NCBI GenBank assembly: GCA_964016885.1
Contig: OZ024740.1
Span: 431,148,001 to 431,212,000 of the forward strand
DNA length: 64,000 bases
Direction of reading: 5' to 3'
DNA from: Eledone cirrhosa
Lineage: Eukaryota
Part shown: piece by piece, positions 49,359-63,100 of the stretch
Numbering within the stretch: the stretch's first letter is position 1
Layout of the letters: each line of letters starts with the position of its first letter
Made by a program: the position numbers and the translations under genes
Notes under the pieces: generated by a model
Told to the model about the DNA's origin: nothing
The model's input: the letters and a program-made list of their open reading frames with translations, nothing else
The model's database searches: none

Positions 49359-49917
49359 TTAACAGCTCAAGCTGTCATTCTATAGTTACTATTTATGTAC
49401 ATTTTCCAATCTTCCAACAAAAATAACAATAACAACAACAAAGCACAAATCCAAATAACAGTCCAAAAATAGAAAAGTAGACAGATAGACAAACATACAA
49501 CAAAGTCCTCATAATTTAGGGAATATATATTTGATAATGATTAAAGAAAATATGGCAGAAAATTATTGTAATTGATTTAAATGAATGGAAATATCATGGA
49601 GAGGAGATGGGCTGTCAGGTTTTAAAATATGCCCTAGAAACGCTGTATGCTAATACAGTATCCCCACGATTCCCTCAAGAGTTATGGCCCATACATGTAT
49701 ACAATATAGTGATGGCTGAAGAAACAAGGTCAAGGAAAGTGAAGGATTCAAGTATCTTTATACAAAATGTAATCCATGATTAAATGAAATATTTGTTATA
49801 AACCCCATTTTTACAGGAACTCTGCTAATCAAATAAAATACAAAAATATCAGACAAGTAATATAAATAATTCTAATCAAAATATATACTACTGGAAAAAA
49901 TAAATATAAAATTGTTC

Positions 49918-50320
49918 ACAATAAGATGTACTCAATACACTCTGTAAAGTGGTGTCTTGGACATGGCAACTACCCTAATGTTAAGATGTACTCAATACAC
50001 TCTGTAAAGTGGTGTCTTGGACATGGCAACTGCCCTAGTGTTAAGATGTACTCAATACACTCTGTAAAGTGGTGTCTTGGACATGGCAACTACCCTAGTG
50101 TTGGTGTCACAATAAGATGTACTCAATACACTCTGTAAAGTGGTGTCTTGGACATGGCAACTACCCTAGTGTTGGTGTGACAATAAGATGTACTCAATAC
50201 ACTCTGTAAAGTGGTGTCTTGGACATGGCAACTGCTCTAGTGTTGGTATTATAAAATACACTCAGTACGCTTTATAAAGTGTTTGGCATTAGGAAGGGCA
50301 CCCAATTGTAGAAGCCCTGC
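49918..50320 (+). repeat. Tandem 60/72-bp repeat x5 within a SINE/RTE-3'-UTR-like element
   Basis: Unit TAAGATGTACTCAATACACTCTGTAAAGTGGTGTCTTGGACATGGCAACTACCCTAGTGT, continuing into GGCATTAGGAAGGGCACCC. Confidence 0.85.
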
Positions 50321-50568
50321 CATAAATTGGAACATATATAACCATAACATGGTTCCTGGCTAGTATAGAAAACATGTAGCTCCTATTAAGTACACACTTG
50401 GTCTATAATGACCCACCCAATCCTATGATCATAGTGAACAATCATTTGATTTGATTAAGAAAAAATATCTTTTAATTTATATAAAAATGTTGACCGTAGC
50501 AAAATAAGCTTTCATTGTGAGAAAAAAAGTGTTGAGTTTATTTCCTTTATATTAAACATAAGGTTGAC

Positions 50569-50570
<2 letters not shown>

Positions 50571-50599
<29 letters not shown>
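50571..50599 (+). repeat. Poly-G tract (29 nt)
   Basis: Direct reading. Confidence 0.9.
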
Positions 50600-50954
50600 A
50601 TAATTGATTTCATAATTACATACAGAATCATAGTGGCTAGTTGTTACTGTTTAACCACAACAGAAAATGATTTAAGCCATTTTAAGAATTCATAAAGCTA
50701 CCTTATTTCATGATTATTTAAGATGGTGCGATATGAAATTTGGCTGCTATTTCTAACAGGTTGGATCCCAATAGCTCACTGTAAAAACGATGCCACAAAA
50801 TGTATCCATAACTTTGCTTCTCATATTCACACCACTTACTACAATATCATGTTTGTTTCACAGTTTTTCATTATAGTTACAATGTTCTAATAGATGAATA
50901 TTTCAAATATTCAAGTGGTTTTATTCTAGCACTAATCATGAAGTTATCATTCCA

Positions 50955-52335
50955 CTTGTCATGTTCTTTCATCATCATCTATATGAGCTTCAGCAATTTG
51001 AGGTCATCTCTCACCACATCCGCTCAGGTATTCCTTGGTCTGCCTCTACTGTGGCTTCCTTCCACTTCTTCACCCAGCTATCATTGTCCATGTGTATCAC
51101 TAATGCTGTCGTCTCACTTCTATACTACAACAGATTCTTCTTATAACCAGTTTTTTTCTCAGTTTATCCATACTTTGTCATTCTCACACATTAACATTGC
51201 ACATCCATTGAAGCATACTTGCTTCATTTCTCTCTATGCATATCCTTTGTATTCACTGTCGATGATTCACTACTATGCAACATCATACTTCGTTCACATG
51301 CATCATGTATCTAGGTAGTAGAAGCTATCAACCACTTCTATGGATCCTTCATGGGATTAGAAAAGGTTTCTATCTCTAACCCTCTTACTATCAATTAGTA
51401 CATCTATTACCAACAAAGTCTTTCTTTCCTGTTAGTCTGCCTGCTATCCCACTACACCTCATGTACCCTAGATTTGCATTGTGTTTATTGTATAAAGTCT
51501 CTGCCTACTCCTTTACTACATATCAAACAGGGCCATTTCCCTGATGAGATCAGGGTTCTGTCTTCTTTCCGCCTTACTAACACTTTAGTTTTTGCTCTCA
51601 GCCTTTTTGATTCTAAATTCTGTACCTACACTTGGAACCTATTCTTTAGTTCTTCCCTAGACTCAGCTATAAGAACCATATCATCAGCATAAAGAAGTTC
51701 CCATGGACAGCCAGTCTTAAATGCCTCTGTTATTGCCTGGAAAACTATAATAAATTGAAATGGACTGAGGACTAAACCCTGCTGAACACCTACCTGTACC
51801 TTGAATTCCTCACTAAACTCCTTTCCTTCTCTCACATTACTGGCAGCTCCTCTGTACATGACTTGCACTGCTCTCATAAGCTATTCTTCTACATCTAGTT
51901 TCCTTAAGGACCACCAAATAACAGATTAAGGTACTCTGTCAAAGGCATTCTCTAGATCAACAAAAGCTAAATATAGAGGCTTATTTTTAGCTAGGAACTT
52001 CTCTTGTAGTTGTCTAAGAATAGGGCATCTGTGGTACTTTTCCCTGGCACAAAACCAAACTGCATCTCATCTAATTAGACTTTTCCCCAAATTAGTTGAG
52101 CTAGAACTCTTTAACATCATTCCTCTGTGGTTGTTATTATTCTAGAGCATCACCTATTTCCTTGTAGTAATTTAATAAGTCAACTTCTGCACCAGTTACT
52201 GGGTCTGACTCCACCCTGTATTACCCGTTTGACTATGTGGGTGACTAGTTCAGCTCCTACTCCCAATACTTTTAACATCTCAGCAACTCTCTCTGATGGT
52301 CCAATGGTTTCATCTCCTTGATTGCTTCTTTGACC
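50955..52335 (-). mobile_element. Decayed RTE LINE (RT to 3' end)
   Basis: GVQQGLVLSPFQF...GCPWELLYADDMVLIAES, with remnants of the finger and C-terminus. Confidence 0.9.
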
Positions 52336-52880
52336 TTTTAATTGTTGTCAAGACAGTGAAGTGAATGCTCCATAGTTAATGAACTTTTCAAAGGAACCTT
52401 ACAAGAACTATTGTATTGATGTTACCTTCATTTTTTTTTAGTATATCATTTTCCATTGTGCAAATAGCAATTATCTTTCAAATTAATGATAATAATTTTC
52501 AATCTACTTTTAACATCCTGTACCACATGGAACTACATTGGCAGGACATCCTTGAAAAATACAAAACAACAATATGATTGCATCACATTCAAAAGTCTTT
52601 AACTCCAATACTACAAATTTTCAGTGATCTGCCCACAAGTAACAATATTATAAACATTTAAATTAACAAACTTATTTCTAAATAGTTTCTGCTCAACCAT
52701 TAAAGAATATATAGAGTTAAAGTTTAAAGGTACAAATTCTTCATTTAAATACATTTTTACAAACAAATGTACATTAATAAAGAATCTGTAAAAGTGTTCT
52801 GGAAACCAAATCCTAACAGGCATTGTTTTAATTAAGACCATTATCTTTTCCTAACTGATGATACATTATTATTAAAGGGA

Positions 52881-53095
52881 GGTGGATTGGCAATAATTGG
52901 TAGAGCGTCAGACATGTTTTACAGCACAGAGTTGCTGCCCTTTACATTCTGAGTTCAAATCCCACCAAGGTTAGCTTTGCCTTTCCTCATTACAGGGTCG
53001 ATAAAATAAAGTACCAATAATGCACTGGAGTTGATTTAATCAATTTTCCCCCTCTCCCAAAATTGCTGGCCTTGTGCCCAAAGAAGAAATTATTA
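52881..53095 (+). mobile_element. tRNA-derived SINE, same family as 36652
   Basis: GGTGGATTGGCAATAATTGGTAGAG ... GAGTTCAAATCCC ... GGGTCGATAAAATAAAGTACC. Confidence 0.85.
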
Positions 53096-54195
53096 CTAAA
53101 TTTATGTTACAAAGGTTATCCCAGTTTAATAGGAAATACTTTATCCCTGATCAGCTGCTGACTATATAAAAACCTCAACAGACTTTACAGTTACGAGTCA
53201 GTGCTGCTGTGCACACACACACATCCTATACTACATTCAAAAGGCTATTCAATGGGTTGGCAAAGATTCAATAATCAACACACTTTAACCACTTGCTCAC
53301 ACATTTGAATATAGGCAAAACCATCTACACAAGAAAGCATGAAAGTAAAAAGAAATAACTGAGGTTGTTAAATATAGGAAACTTAGTTACTAAATTAATC
53401 ATAGTTAATTATTTTTACATATATTTAATTATTGCACTAGGGCTTGATGAACACAACTACAAGGATATGGACCAAACATGGAAGGGTCGAACTCCCACTA
53501 TCATCACCTCCATCTCTCTCGCCCTCCCCATCTCTCCGTATGGTGAGCAAATGGGGTCCCACGTGCTGGCCTCCCCGGCAGACAGAATGGAGGTGTTTTA
53601 TGTTGTTCTTTCTGTCCCTTTTACAGTTAGTAAGATGACATCTGCTCCTTTCAATCACAACTCTCCACCTATGTCCATTAGTTTTACTACCTCACCTTCT
53701 AAATCCAACATACTTCACCAGATCCTACCTCCAACTTTCCACCTATGTCCATTAGTCTTACTGTGTCTCACCCTCTAAATCCAACATACTTCACCAAATC
53801 CAACCTCCATAGAACTGTAATTCTTAACATTTCTCTCTTACAAATGATTGGGGTGACCATTAACTGCATCAAACTGACCAAAGTTTGGCAGGACTGCAAA
53901 TATCTACACTCATTCTCTCTTATGGAAACCAACTGAATCAACTGCCATATATTACTAGAATATATAAAATGCAGAAAACTAAAAAATAAAATCAACTCTG
54001 CCCAATTGGAACTCAGAATATAAAAGATCATAATTTAAAGCAAATTAAAGCAAAGTGTTTCACTTGTCACTACTGTGTCATCAGGAACACCATGTCCTTG
54101 TTTCATTTGTGGTGTGTCACTGCCATGGTTTCTATAGTTGGACACCAACCACTGCACAAAATATATAGGGTCTATTTTATTGTAGTACCAACACA

Positions 54196-57100
54196 AGAGA
54201 GGTTGTTATTCCCTTAACAGGAGTAAAGAGTCCTCTCTACATTACATGTCTCCAATTGTCAATCTTTACAGAGAGGTTGTTATTCCCTTAACAGGAGTAA
54301 AGTGTCCTCTCTACCTTACATGTCTCCAATTGTCAATCTTTAGAGAGGTTGTTATTCCCTTAACAGGAGTAAAGAGTCCTCTCTACTTTACATGTCTCCA
54401 ATTGTCAATCTTTAGAGAGGTTGTTATTCCCTTAACAGGAGTAAAGAGTCCTCTCTACCTTACATGTCTCCAATTGTCAATCTTTAGAGAGGTTGTTATT
54501 CCCTTAACAGGAGTAAAGAGTCCTCTCTACCTTACATGTCTCCAATTGTCAATCTTTAGAGAGGTTGTTATTCCCTTAACAGGAGTAGAGTCCTCTCTAC
54601 CTTACATGTCTCCAATTGTCAATCTTTAGAGAAGTTGTTATTCCCTTAACAGGAGTAAAGAGTCCTCTCTACCTTACATGTCTCCAATTGTCAATCTTTA
54701 GAGAGGTTGTTATTCCCTTAACAGGAGTAAAGAGTCCTCTCTACTTTACATGTCTCCAATTGTCAATCTTTAGAGAGGTTGTTATTCCCTTAACAGGAGT
54801 AAAGAGTCCTCTCTACTTTACACATCTCCAATTGTCAATCTTTACAGAGAGGTTGTTATTCCCTTAACAGGAGTAAAGAGTCCTCTCTACCTTACATGTC
54901 TCCAATTGTCAATCTTTACAGAGAGGTTGTTATTCCCTCAACAGGAGTAAAGAGTCCTCTCTACTTTACACATCTCCAATTGTCAATCTTTAGAGAGGTT
55001 ATTATTCCCTAAACAGGAGTAGAGTCCTCTCTACCTTACATGTCTCCAATTGTCAATCTTTAGAGAGGTTGTTATTCCCTTAACAGGAGTAAAGAGTCCT
55101 CTCTACTTTACACATCTCCAATTGTCAATCTTTACAGAGAGGTTGTTATTCCCTTAACAGGAGTAAAGAGTCCTCTCTACCTTACATGTCTCCAATTGTC
55201 AATCTTTACAGAGAGGTTGTTATTCCCTCAACAGGAGTAAAGAGTCCTCTCTACTTTACACATCTCCAATTGTCAATCTTTAGAGAGGTTATTATTCCCT
55301 AAACAGGAGTAGAGTCCTCTCTACCTTACATGTCTCCAATTGTCAATCTTTAGAGAGGTTGTTATTCCCTTAACAGGAGTAAAGAGGCCTCTCTACCTTA
55401 CATGTCTCCAATTGTCAACCTTTAGAGAGGTTGTTATTCCCTTAACAGAAGTAAAGAGTCCTCTCTACCTTACATGTCTCCAATTGTCAATCTTTAGAGA
55501 GGTTGTTATTCCCTTAACAGGAGTAAAGAGTCCTCTCTACTTTACATGTCTCCAATTGTCAATCTTTAGAGAGGTTGTTATTCCCTTAACAGGAGTAGAG
55601 AGTCCTCTCTACCTTACATGTCTCCAATTGTCAATATTTACAGAGAGGTTGTTATTCCCTTAACAGGCGTAAAGAGTCCTCTCTACTTTACATGTCTCCA
55701 ATTGTCAATCTTTAGAGAGGTTGTTATTCCCTTAACAGGAGTAAAGAGTCCTCTCTACATTACATGTCTCTCATTGTGAATCTTTAGAGAGGTTGTTATT
55801 CCCTTAACAGGAGTAAAGAGTCCTCTCTACCTTACATGTCTCCAATTGTCAATCTTTAGAGAGGTTGTTATTCCCTTAACAGGAGTAAAGAGTGCTCTCT
55901 ACCTTACATGTCTCCAATTGTCAATCTTTAGAGAGGTTGTTATTCCCTTAACAGGAGTAGAGTCCTCTCTACCTTACATGTCTCCAATTGTCAATCTTTA
56001 GAGAGGTTGTTATTCACTTAACATGAGTAAAGAGTCCTCTCTACCTTACATGTCTCCAATTGTCAATCTTTAGAGAGGTTGTTATTCCCTTAACAGGAGT
56101 AAAGAGTCCTCTCTACCTTACATGTCTCCAATTGTCAATCTTTAGAGAGGTTGTTATTCCCTTAACAGGAGTAAAGAGTCCTCTCTACTTTACATGTCTC
56201 AAATTGTCAATCTTTAGAGAGGTTGTTATTCCCTTAACGGGAGTAAAGAGTCCTCTCTACCTTACATGTCTCCAATTGTCAATCTTTAGAGAGGTTGTTA
56301 TTCCCTTAACAGGAGTAAAGAGTCCTCTCTACCTTATGTCTCCAATTGTCAATCTTTAGAGAGGTTGTTATTCCCTTAACAGGAGTAAAGAGTGCTCTCT
56401 ACCTTACATGTCTCCAATTGTCAATCTTTAGAGAGGTTGTTATTCCCTTAACAGGAGTAAAGAGTCCTCTCTACCTTACATGTCTCCTAATTGTCAATCT
56501 TTAGAGAGGTTGTTATTCCCTTAACAGGAGTAAAGAGTCCTCTCTACCATACATGTCTCCAATTGTCAATCTTTAGAGAGGTTGTTATTCCCTTAACAGG
56601 AGTAAAGAGTCCTCTCTACCTTACATGTCTCCAATTGTCAATCTTTAGAGAGGTTGTTATTCCCTTAACAGGAGTAAAGAGTCCTCTCTACCTTATGTCT
56701 CCAATTGTCAATCTTTAGAGAGGTTGTTATTCCCTTAACAGGAGTAAAGAGTGCTCTCTACCTTACATGTCTCCAATTGTCAATCTTTAGAGAGGTTGTT
56801 ATTCCCTTAACAGGAGTAAAGAGTCCTCTCTACCTTACATGTCTCCTAATTGTCAATCTTTAGAGAGGTTGTTATTCCCTTAACAGGAGTAAAGAGTCCT
56901 CTCTACCTTACATGTCTCCAATTGTCAATCTTTAGAGAGGTTGTTATTCCCTTAACAGGAGTAAAGAGTCCTCTCTACTTTACATGTCTCCAATTGTCAA
57001 TCTTTAGAGAGGTTGTTATTCCCTTAACAGGAGTAAAGAGTCCTCTCTACCTTACATGTCTCCAATTGTCAATATTTACAGAGAGGTTGTTATTCCCTTA

Positions 57101-60100
57101 ACAGGAGTAAAGAGTGCTCTCTACCTTACATGTCTCCAATTGTCAATCTTTAGAGAGGTTGTTATTCCCTTAACAGGAGTAAAGAGTCCTCTCTACCTTA
57201 CATGTCTCCTAATTGTCAATCTTTAGAGAGGTTGTTATTCCCTTAACAGGAGTAAAGAGTCCTCTCTACCTTACATGTCTCCAATTGTCAATCTTTAGAG
57301 AGGTTGTTATTCCCTTAACAGGAGTAAAGAGTCCTCTCTACCTTACATGTCTCCAATTGTCAATCTTTAGAGAGGTTGTTATTCCCTTAACAGGAGTAAA
57401 GAGTCCTCTCTACTTTACATGTCTCCAATTGTCAATCTTTAGAGAGGTTGTTATTCCCTTAACAGGAGTAAAGAGTCCTCTCTACCTTACATGTCTCCAA
57501 TTGTCAATCTTTAGAGAGGTTGTTATTCCCTTAACAGGAGTAAAGAGTCCTCTCTACTTTACATGTCTCCAATTGTCAATCTTTAGAGAGGTTGTTATTC
57601 CCTTAACAGGAGTAAAGAGTCCTCTCTACCTTACATGTCTCCAATTGTCAATCTTTAGAGAGGTTGTTATTCCCTTAACAGGAGTAAAGAGTCCTCTCTA
57701 CCTTACATGTCTCCTAATTGTCAATCTTTAGAGAGGTTGTTATTCCCTTAACAGGAGTAAAGAGTCCTCTCTACCTTACATGTCTCCTAATTGTCAATCT
57801 TTAGAGAGGTTGTTATTCCCTTAACAGGAGTAAAGAGTCCTCTCTACCTTACATGTCTCCAATTGTCAATATTTACAGAGAGGTTGTTATTCCCTTAACA
57901 GGCGTAAAGAGTCCTCTCTACTTTACATGTCTCCAATTGTCAATCTTTAGAGAGGTTGTTATTCCCTTAACAGGAGTAAAGAGTCCTCTCTACCTTACAT
58001 GTCTCCAATTGTCAATCTTTAGAGAGGTTGTTATTCCCTTAACAGGAGTAAAGAGTGCTCTCTACCTTACATGTCTCCAATTGTCAATCTTTAGAGAGGT
58101 TGTTATTCCCTTAACAGGAGTAAAGAGTGCTCTCTACCTTACATGTCTCCAATTGTCAATCTTTAGAGAGGTTGTTATTCCCTTAACAGGAGTAAAGAGT
58201 CCTCTCTACCTTACATGTCTCCAATTGTCAATCTTTAGAGAGGTTGTTATTCCCTTAACAGGAGTAAAGAGTCCTCTCTACCTTACATGTCTCCAATTGT
58301 CAATCTTTAGAGAGGTTGTTATTCCCTTAACAGGAGTAAAGAGTCCTCTCTACTTTACATGTCTCAAATTGTCAATCTTTAGAGAGGTTGTTATTCCCTT
58401 AACGGGAGTAAAGAGTCCTCTCTACCTTACATGTCTCCAATTGTCAATCTTTAGAGAGGTTGTTATTCCCTTAACAGGAGTAAAGAGTCCTCTCTACCTT
58501 ATGTCTCCAATTGTCAATCTTTAGAGAGGTTGTTATTCCCTTAACAGGAGTAAAGAGTGCTCTCTACCTTACATGTCTCCAATTGTCAATCTTTAGAGAG
58601 GTTGTTATTCCCTTAACAGGAGTAAAGAGTCCTCTCTACCTTACATGTCTCCTAATTGTCAATCTTTAGAGAGGTTGTTATTCCCTTAACAGGAGTAAAG
58701 AGTCCTCTCTACCTTACATGTCTCCAATTGTCAATCTTTAGAGAGGTTGTTATTCCCTTAACAGGAGTAAAGAGTCCTCTCTACCTTACATGTCTCCAAT
58801 TGTCAATCTTTAGAGAGGTTGTTATTCCCTTAACAGGAGTAAAGAGTCCTCTCTACCTTATGTCTCCAATTGTCAATCTTTAGAGAGGTTGTTATTCCCT
58901 TAACAGGAGTAAAGAGTGCTCTCTACCTTACATGTCTCCAATTGTCAATCTTTAGAGAGGTTGTTATTCCCTTAACAGGAGTAAAGAGTCCTCTCTACCT
59001 TACATGTCTCCTAATTGTCAATCTTTAGAGAGGTTGTTATTCCCTTAACAGGAGTAAAGAGTCCTCTCTACCTTACATGTCTCCAATTGTCAATCTTTAG
59101 AGAGGTTGTTATTCCCTTAACAGGAGTAAAGAGTCCTCTCTACTTTACATGTCTCCAATTGTCAATCTTTAGAGAGGTTGTTATTCCCTTAACAGGAGTA
59201 AAGAGTCCTCTCTACCTTACATGTCTCCAATTGTCAATATTTACAGAGAGGTTGTTATTCCCTTAACAGGAGTAAAGAGTGCTCTCTACCTTACATGTCT
59301 CCAATTGTCAATCTTTAGAGAGGTTGTTATTCCCTTAACAGGAGTAAAGAGTCCTCTCTACCTTACATGTCTCCTAATTGTCAATCTTTAGAGAGGTTGT
59401 TATTCCCTTAACAGGAGTAAAGAGTCCTCTCTACCTTACATGTCTCCAATTGTCAATCTTTAGAGAGGTTGTTATTCCCTTAACAGGAGTAAAGAGTCCT
59501 CTCTACCTTACATGTCTCCAATTGTCAATCTTTAGAGAGGTTGTTATTCCCTTAACAGGAGTAAAGAGTCCTCTCTACTTTACATGTCTCCAATTGTCAA
59601 TCTTTAGAGAGGTTGTTATTCTCTTAACGGGAGTAAAGAGTCCTCTCTACCTTACATGTCTCCAATTGTCAATCTTTAGAGAGGTTGTTATTCCCTTAAC
59701 AGGAGTAAAGAGTCCTCTCTACCTTACATGTCTCCAATTGTCAATCTTTAGAGGGGTTGTTATTCCCTTAACAGGAGTAAAGAGTGCTCTCTACCTTACA
59801 TGTCTCCAATTGTCAATCTTTAGAGAGGTTGTTATTCCCTTAACAGGAGTAAAGTGTCCTCTCTACCTTACATGTCTCCAATTGTCAATCTTTAGAGAGG
59901 TTGTTATTCCCTTAACAGGAGTAAAGAGTCCTCTCTACCTTACATGTCTCCAATTGTCAATCTTTACAGAGATGTTGTTATTCCCTTAACAGGAGTAAAG
60001 AGTCCACTCTACTTTACATGTCTCCAATTGTCAATCTTTAGAGAAGTTGTTATTCCCTTAACAGGAGTAAAGAGTCCTCTCTACCTTACATGTCTCCAAT

Positions 60101-63100
60101 TGTCAATCTTTACAGAGAGGTTGTTATTCCCTTAACAGGAGTAAAGAGTCCTCTCTACCTTACATGTCTCCAATTGTCAATCTTTAGAGAGGTTGTTATT
60201 CCCTTAACAGGAGTAAAGAGTCCTCTCTACCTTACATGTCTCCAATTGTCAATCTTTAGAGAGGTTGTTATTCCCTTAACAGGAGTAAAGAGTCCTCTCT
60301 ACCTTACATGTCTCCAATTGTCAATCTTTAGAGAGGTTGTTATTCCCTTAACAGGAGTAAAGAGTCCTCTCTACTTTACATGTCTCCAATTGTCAATCTT
60401 TAGAGAGGTTGTTATTCCCTTAACAGGAGTAAAGAGTCCTCTCTACCTTACATGTCTCCAATTGTCAATCTTTAGAGAGGTTGTTATTCCCTAAACAGGA
60501 GTAGAGTCCTCTCTACCTTACATGTCTCAAATTGTCAATCTTTAGAGAGGTTGTTATTCCCTTAACAGGAGTAAAGAGGCCTCTCTACCTTACATGTCTC
60601 CAATTGTCAATCTTTAGAGAGGTTGTTATTCCCTTAACAGGAGTAAAGAGTCCTCTCTACCTTACATGTCTCTCATTGTGAATCTTTAGAGAGGTTGTTA
60701 TTCCCTTAACAGGAGTAAAGAGTCCTCTCTACCTTACATGTCTCCAATTGTCAATCTTTAGAGAGGTTGTTATTCCCTTAACAGGAGTAAAGAGGCCTCT
60801 CTACCTTACATGTCTCCAATTGTCAATCTTTAGAGAGGTTGTTATTCCCTTAACAGGAGTAAAGAGTCCTCTCTACCTTACATGTCTCTCATTGTGAATC
60901 TTTAGAGAGGTTGTTATTCCCTTAACAGGAGTAAAGAGTCCTCTCTACCTTACATGTCTCCAATTGTCAATCTTTAGAGAGGTTGTTATTCCCTTAACAG
61001 GAGTAAAGAGTGCTCTCTACCTTACATGTCTCCAATTGTCAATCTTTAGAGAGGTTGTTATTCCCTTAACAGGAGTAGAGTCCTCTCTACCTTACATGTC
61101 TCCAATTGTCAATCTTTAGAGAGGTTGTTATTCACTTAACATGAGTAAAGAGTCCTCTCTACCTTACATGTCTCCAATTGTCAATCTTTAGAGAGGTTGT
61201 TATTCCCTTAACAGGAGTAAAGAGTCCTCTCTACCTTACATGTCTCCAATTGTCAATCTTTAGAGAGGTTGTTATTCCCTTAACAGGAGTAAAGAGTCCT
61301 CTCTACTTTACATGTCTCAAATTGTCAATCTTTAGAGAGGTTGTTATTCCCTTAACGGGAGTAAAGAGTCCTCTCTACCTTACATGTCTCCAATTGTCAA
61401 TCTTTAGAGAGGTTGTTATTCCCTTAACAGGAGTAAAGAGTCCTCTCTACCTTATGTCTCCAATTGTCAATCTTTAGAGAGGTTGTTATTCCCTTAACAG
61501 GAGTAAAGAGTGCTCTCTACCTTACATGTCTCCAATTGTCAATCTTTAGAGAGGTTGTTATTCCCTTAACAGGAGTAAAGAGTCCTCTCTACCTTACATG
61601 TCTCCTAATTGTCAATCTTTAGAGAGGTTGTTATTCCCTTAACAGGAGTAAAGAGTCCTCTCTACCTTACATGTCTCCAATTGTCAATCTTTAGAGAGGT
61701 TGTTATTCCCTTAACAGGAGTAAAGAGTCCTCTCTACTTTACATGTCTCCAATTGTCAATCTTTAGAGAGGTTGTTATTCCCTTAACAGGAGTAAAGAGT
61801 CCTCTCTACCTTACATGTCTCCAATTGTCAATATTTACAGAGAGGTTGTTATTCCCTTAACAGGAGTAAAGAGTGCTCTCTACCTTACATGTCTCCAATT
61901 GTCAATCTTTAGAGAGGTTGTTATTCCCTTAACAGGAGTAAAGAGTCCTCTCTACCTTACATGTCTCCTAATTGTCAATCTTTAGAGAGGTTGTTATTCC
62001 CTTAACAGGAGTAAAGAGTCCTCTCTACCTTACATGTCTCCAATTGTCAATCTTTAGAGAGGTTGTTATTCCCTTAACAGGAGTAAAGAGTCCTCTCTAC
62101 CTTACATGTCTCCAATTGTCAATCTTTAGAGAGGTTGTTATTCCCTTAACAGGAGTAAAGAGTCCTCTCTACTTTACATGTCTCCAATTGTCAATCTTTA
62201 GAGAGGTTGTTATTCTCTTAACGGGAGTAAAGAGTCCTCTCTACCTTACATGTCTCCAATTGTCAATCTTTAGAGAGGTTGTTATTCCCTTAACAGGAGT
62301 AAAGAGTCCTCTCTACCTTACATGTCTCCAATTGTCAATCTTTAGAGAGGTTGTTATTCCCTTAACAGGAGTAAAGAGTCCTCTCTACTTTACATGTCTC
62401 CAATTGTCAATCTTTAGAGAGGTTGTTATTCCCTTAACAGGAGTAAAGAGTCCTCTCTACCTTACATGTCTCCAATTGTCAATATTTACAGAGAGGTTGT
62501 TATTCCCTTAACAGGAGTAAAGAGTGCTCTCTACCTTACATGTCTCCAATTGTCAATCTTTAGAGAGGTTGTTATTCCCTTAACAGGAGTAAAGAGTCCT
62601 CTCTACCTTACATGTCTCCTAATTGTCAATCTTTAGAGAGGTTGTTATTCCCTTAACAGGAGTAAAGAGTCCTCTCTACCTTACATGTCTCCAATTGTCA
62701 ATCTTTAGAGAGGTTGTTATTCTCTTAACGGGAGTAAAGAGTCCTCTCTACCTTACATGTCTCCAATTGTCAATCTTTAGAGAGGTTGTTATTCCCTTAA
62801 CAGGAGTAAAGAGTCCTCTCTACCTTACATGTCTCCAATTGTCAATCTTTAGAGAGGTTGTTATTCCCTTAACAGGAGTAAAGAGTCCTCTCTACTTTAC
62901 ATGTCACCAATTGTCAATCTTTAGAGAGGTTGTTATTCCCTTAACAGGAGTAAAGAGTCCTCTCTACCTTACATGTCTCCAATTGTCAATATTTACAGAG
63001 AGGTTGTTATTCCCTTAACAGGAGTAAAGAGTACTCTCTACCTTACATGTCTCCAATTGTCAATCTTTAGAGAGGTTGTTATTCCCTTAACAGGAGTAAA

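Noticed and set aside
54040-54090. Minus-strand CUGAUGA...GAAA
   Set aside because: No consistent stem III, NUH triplet or stem I partner.
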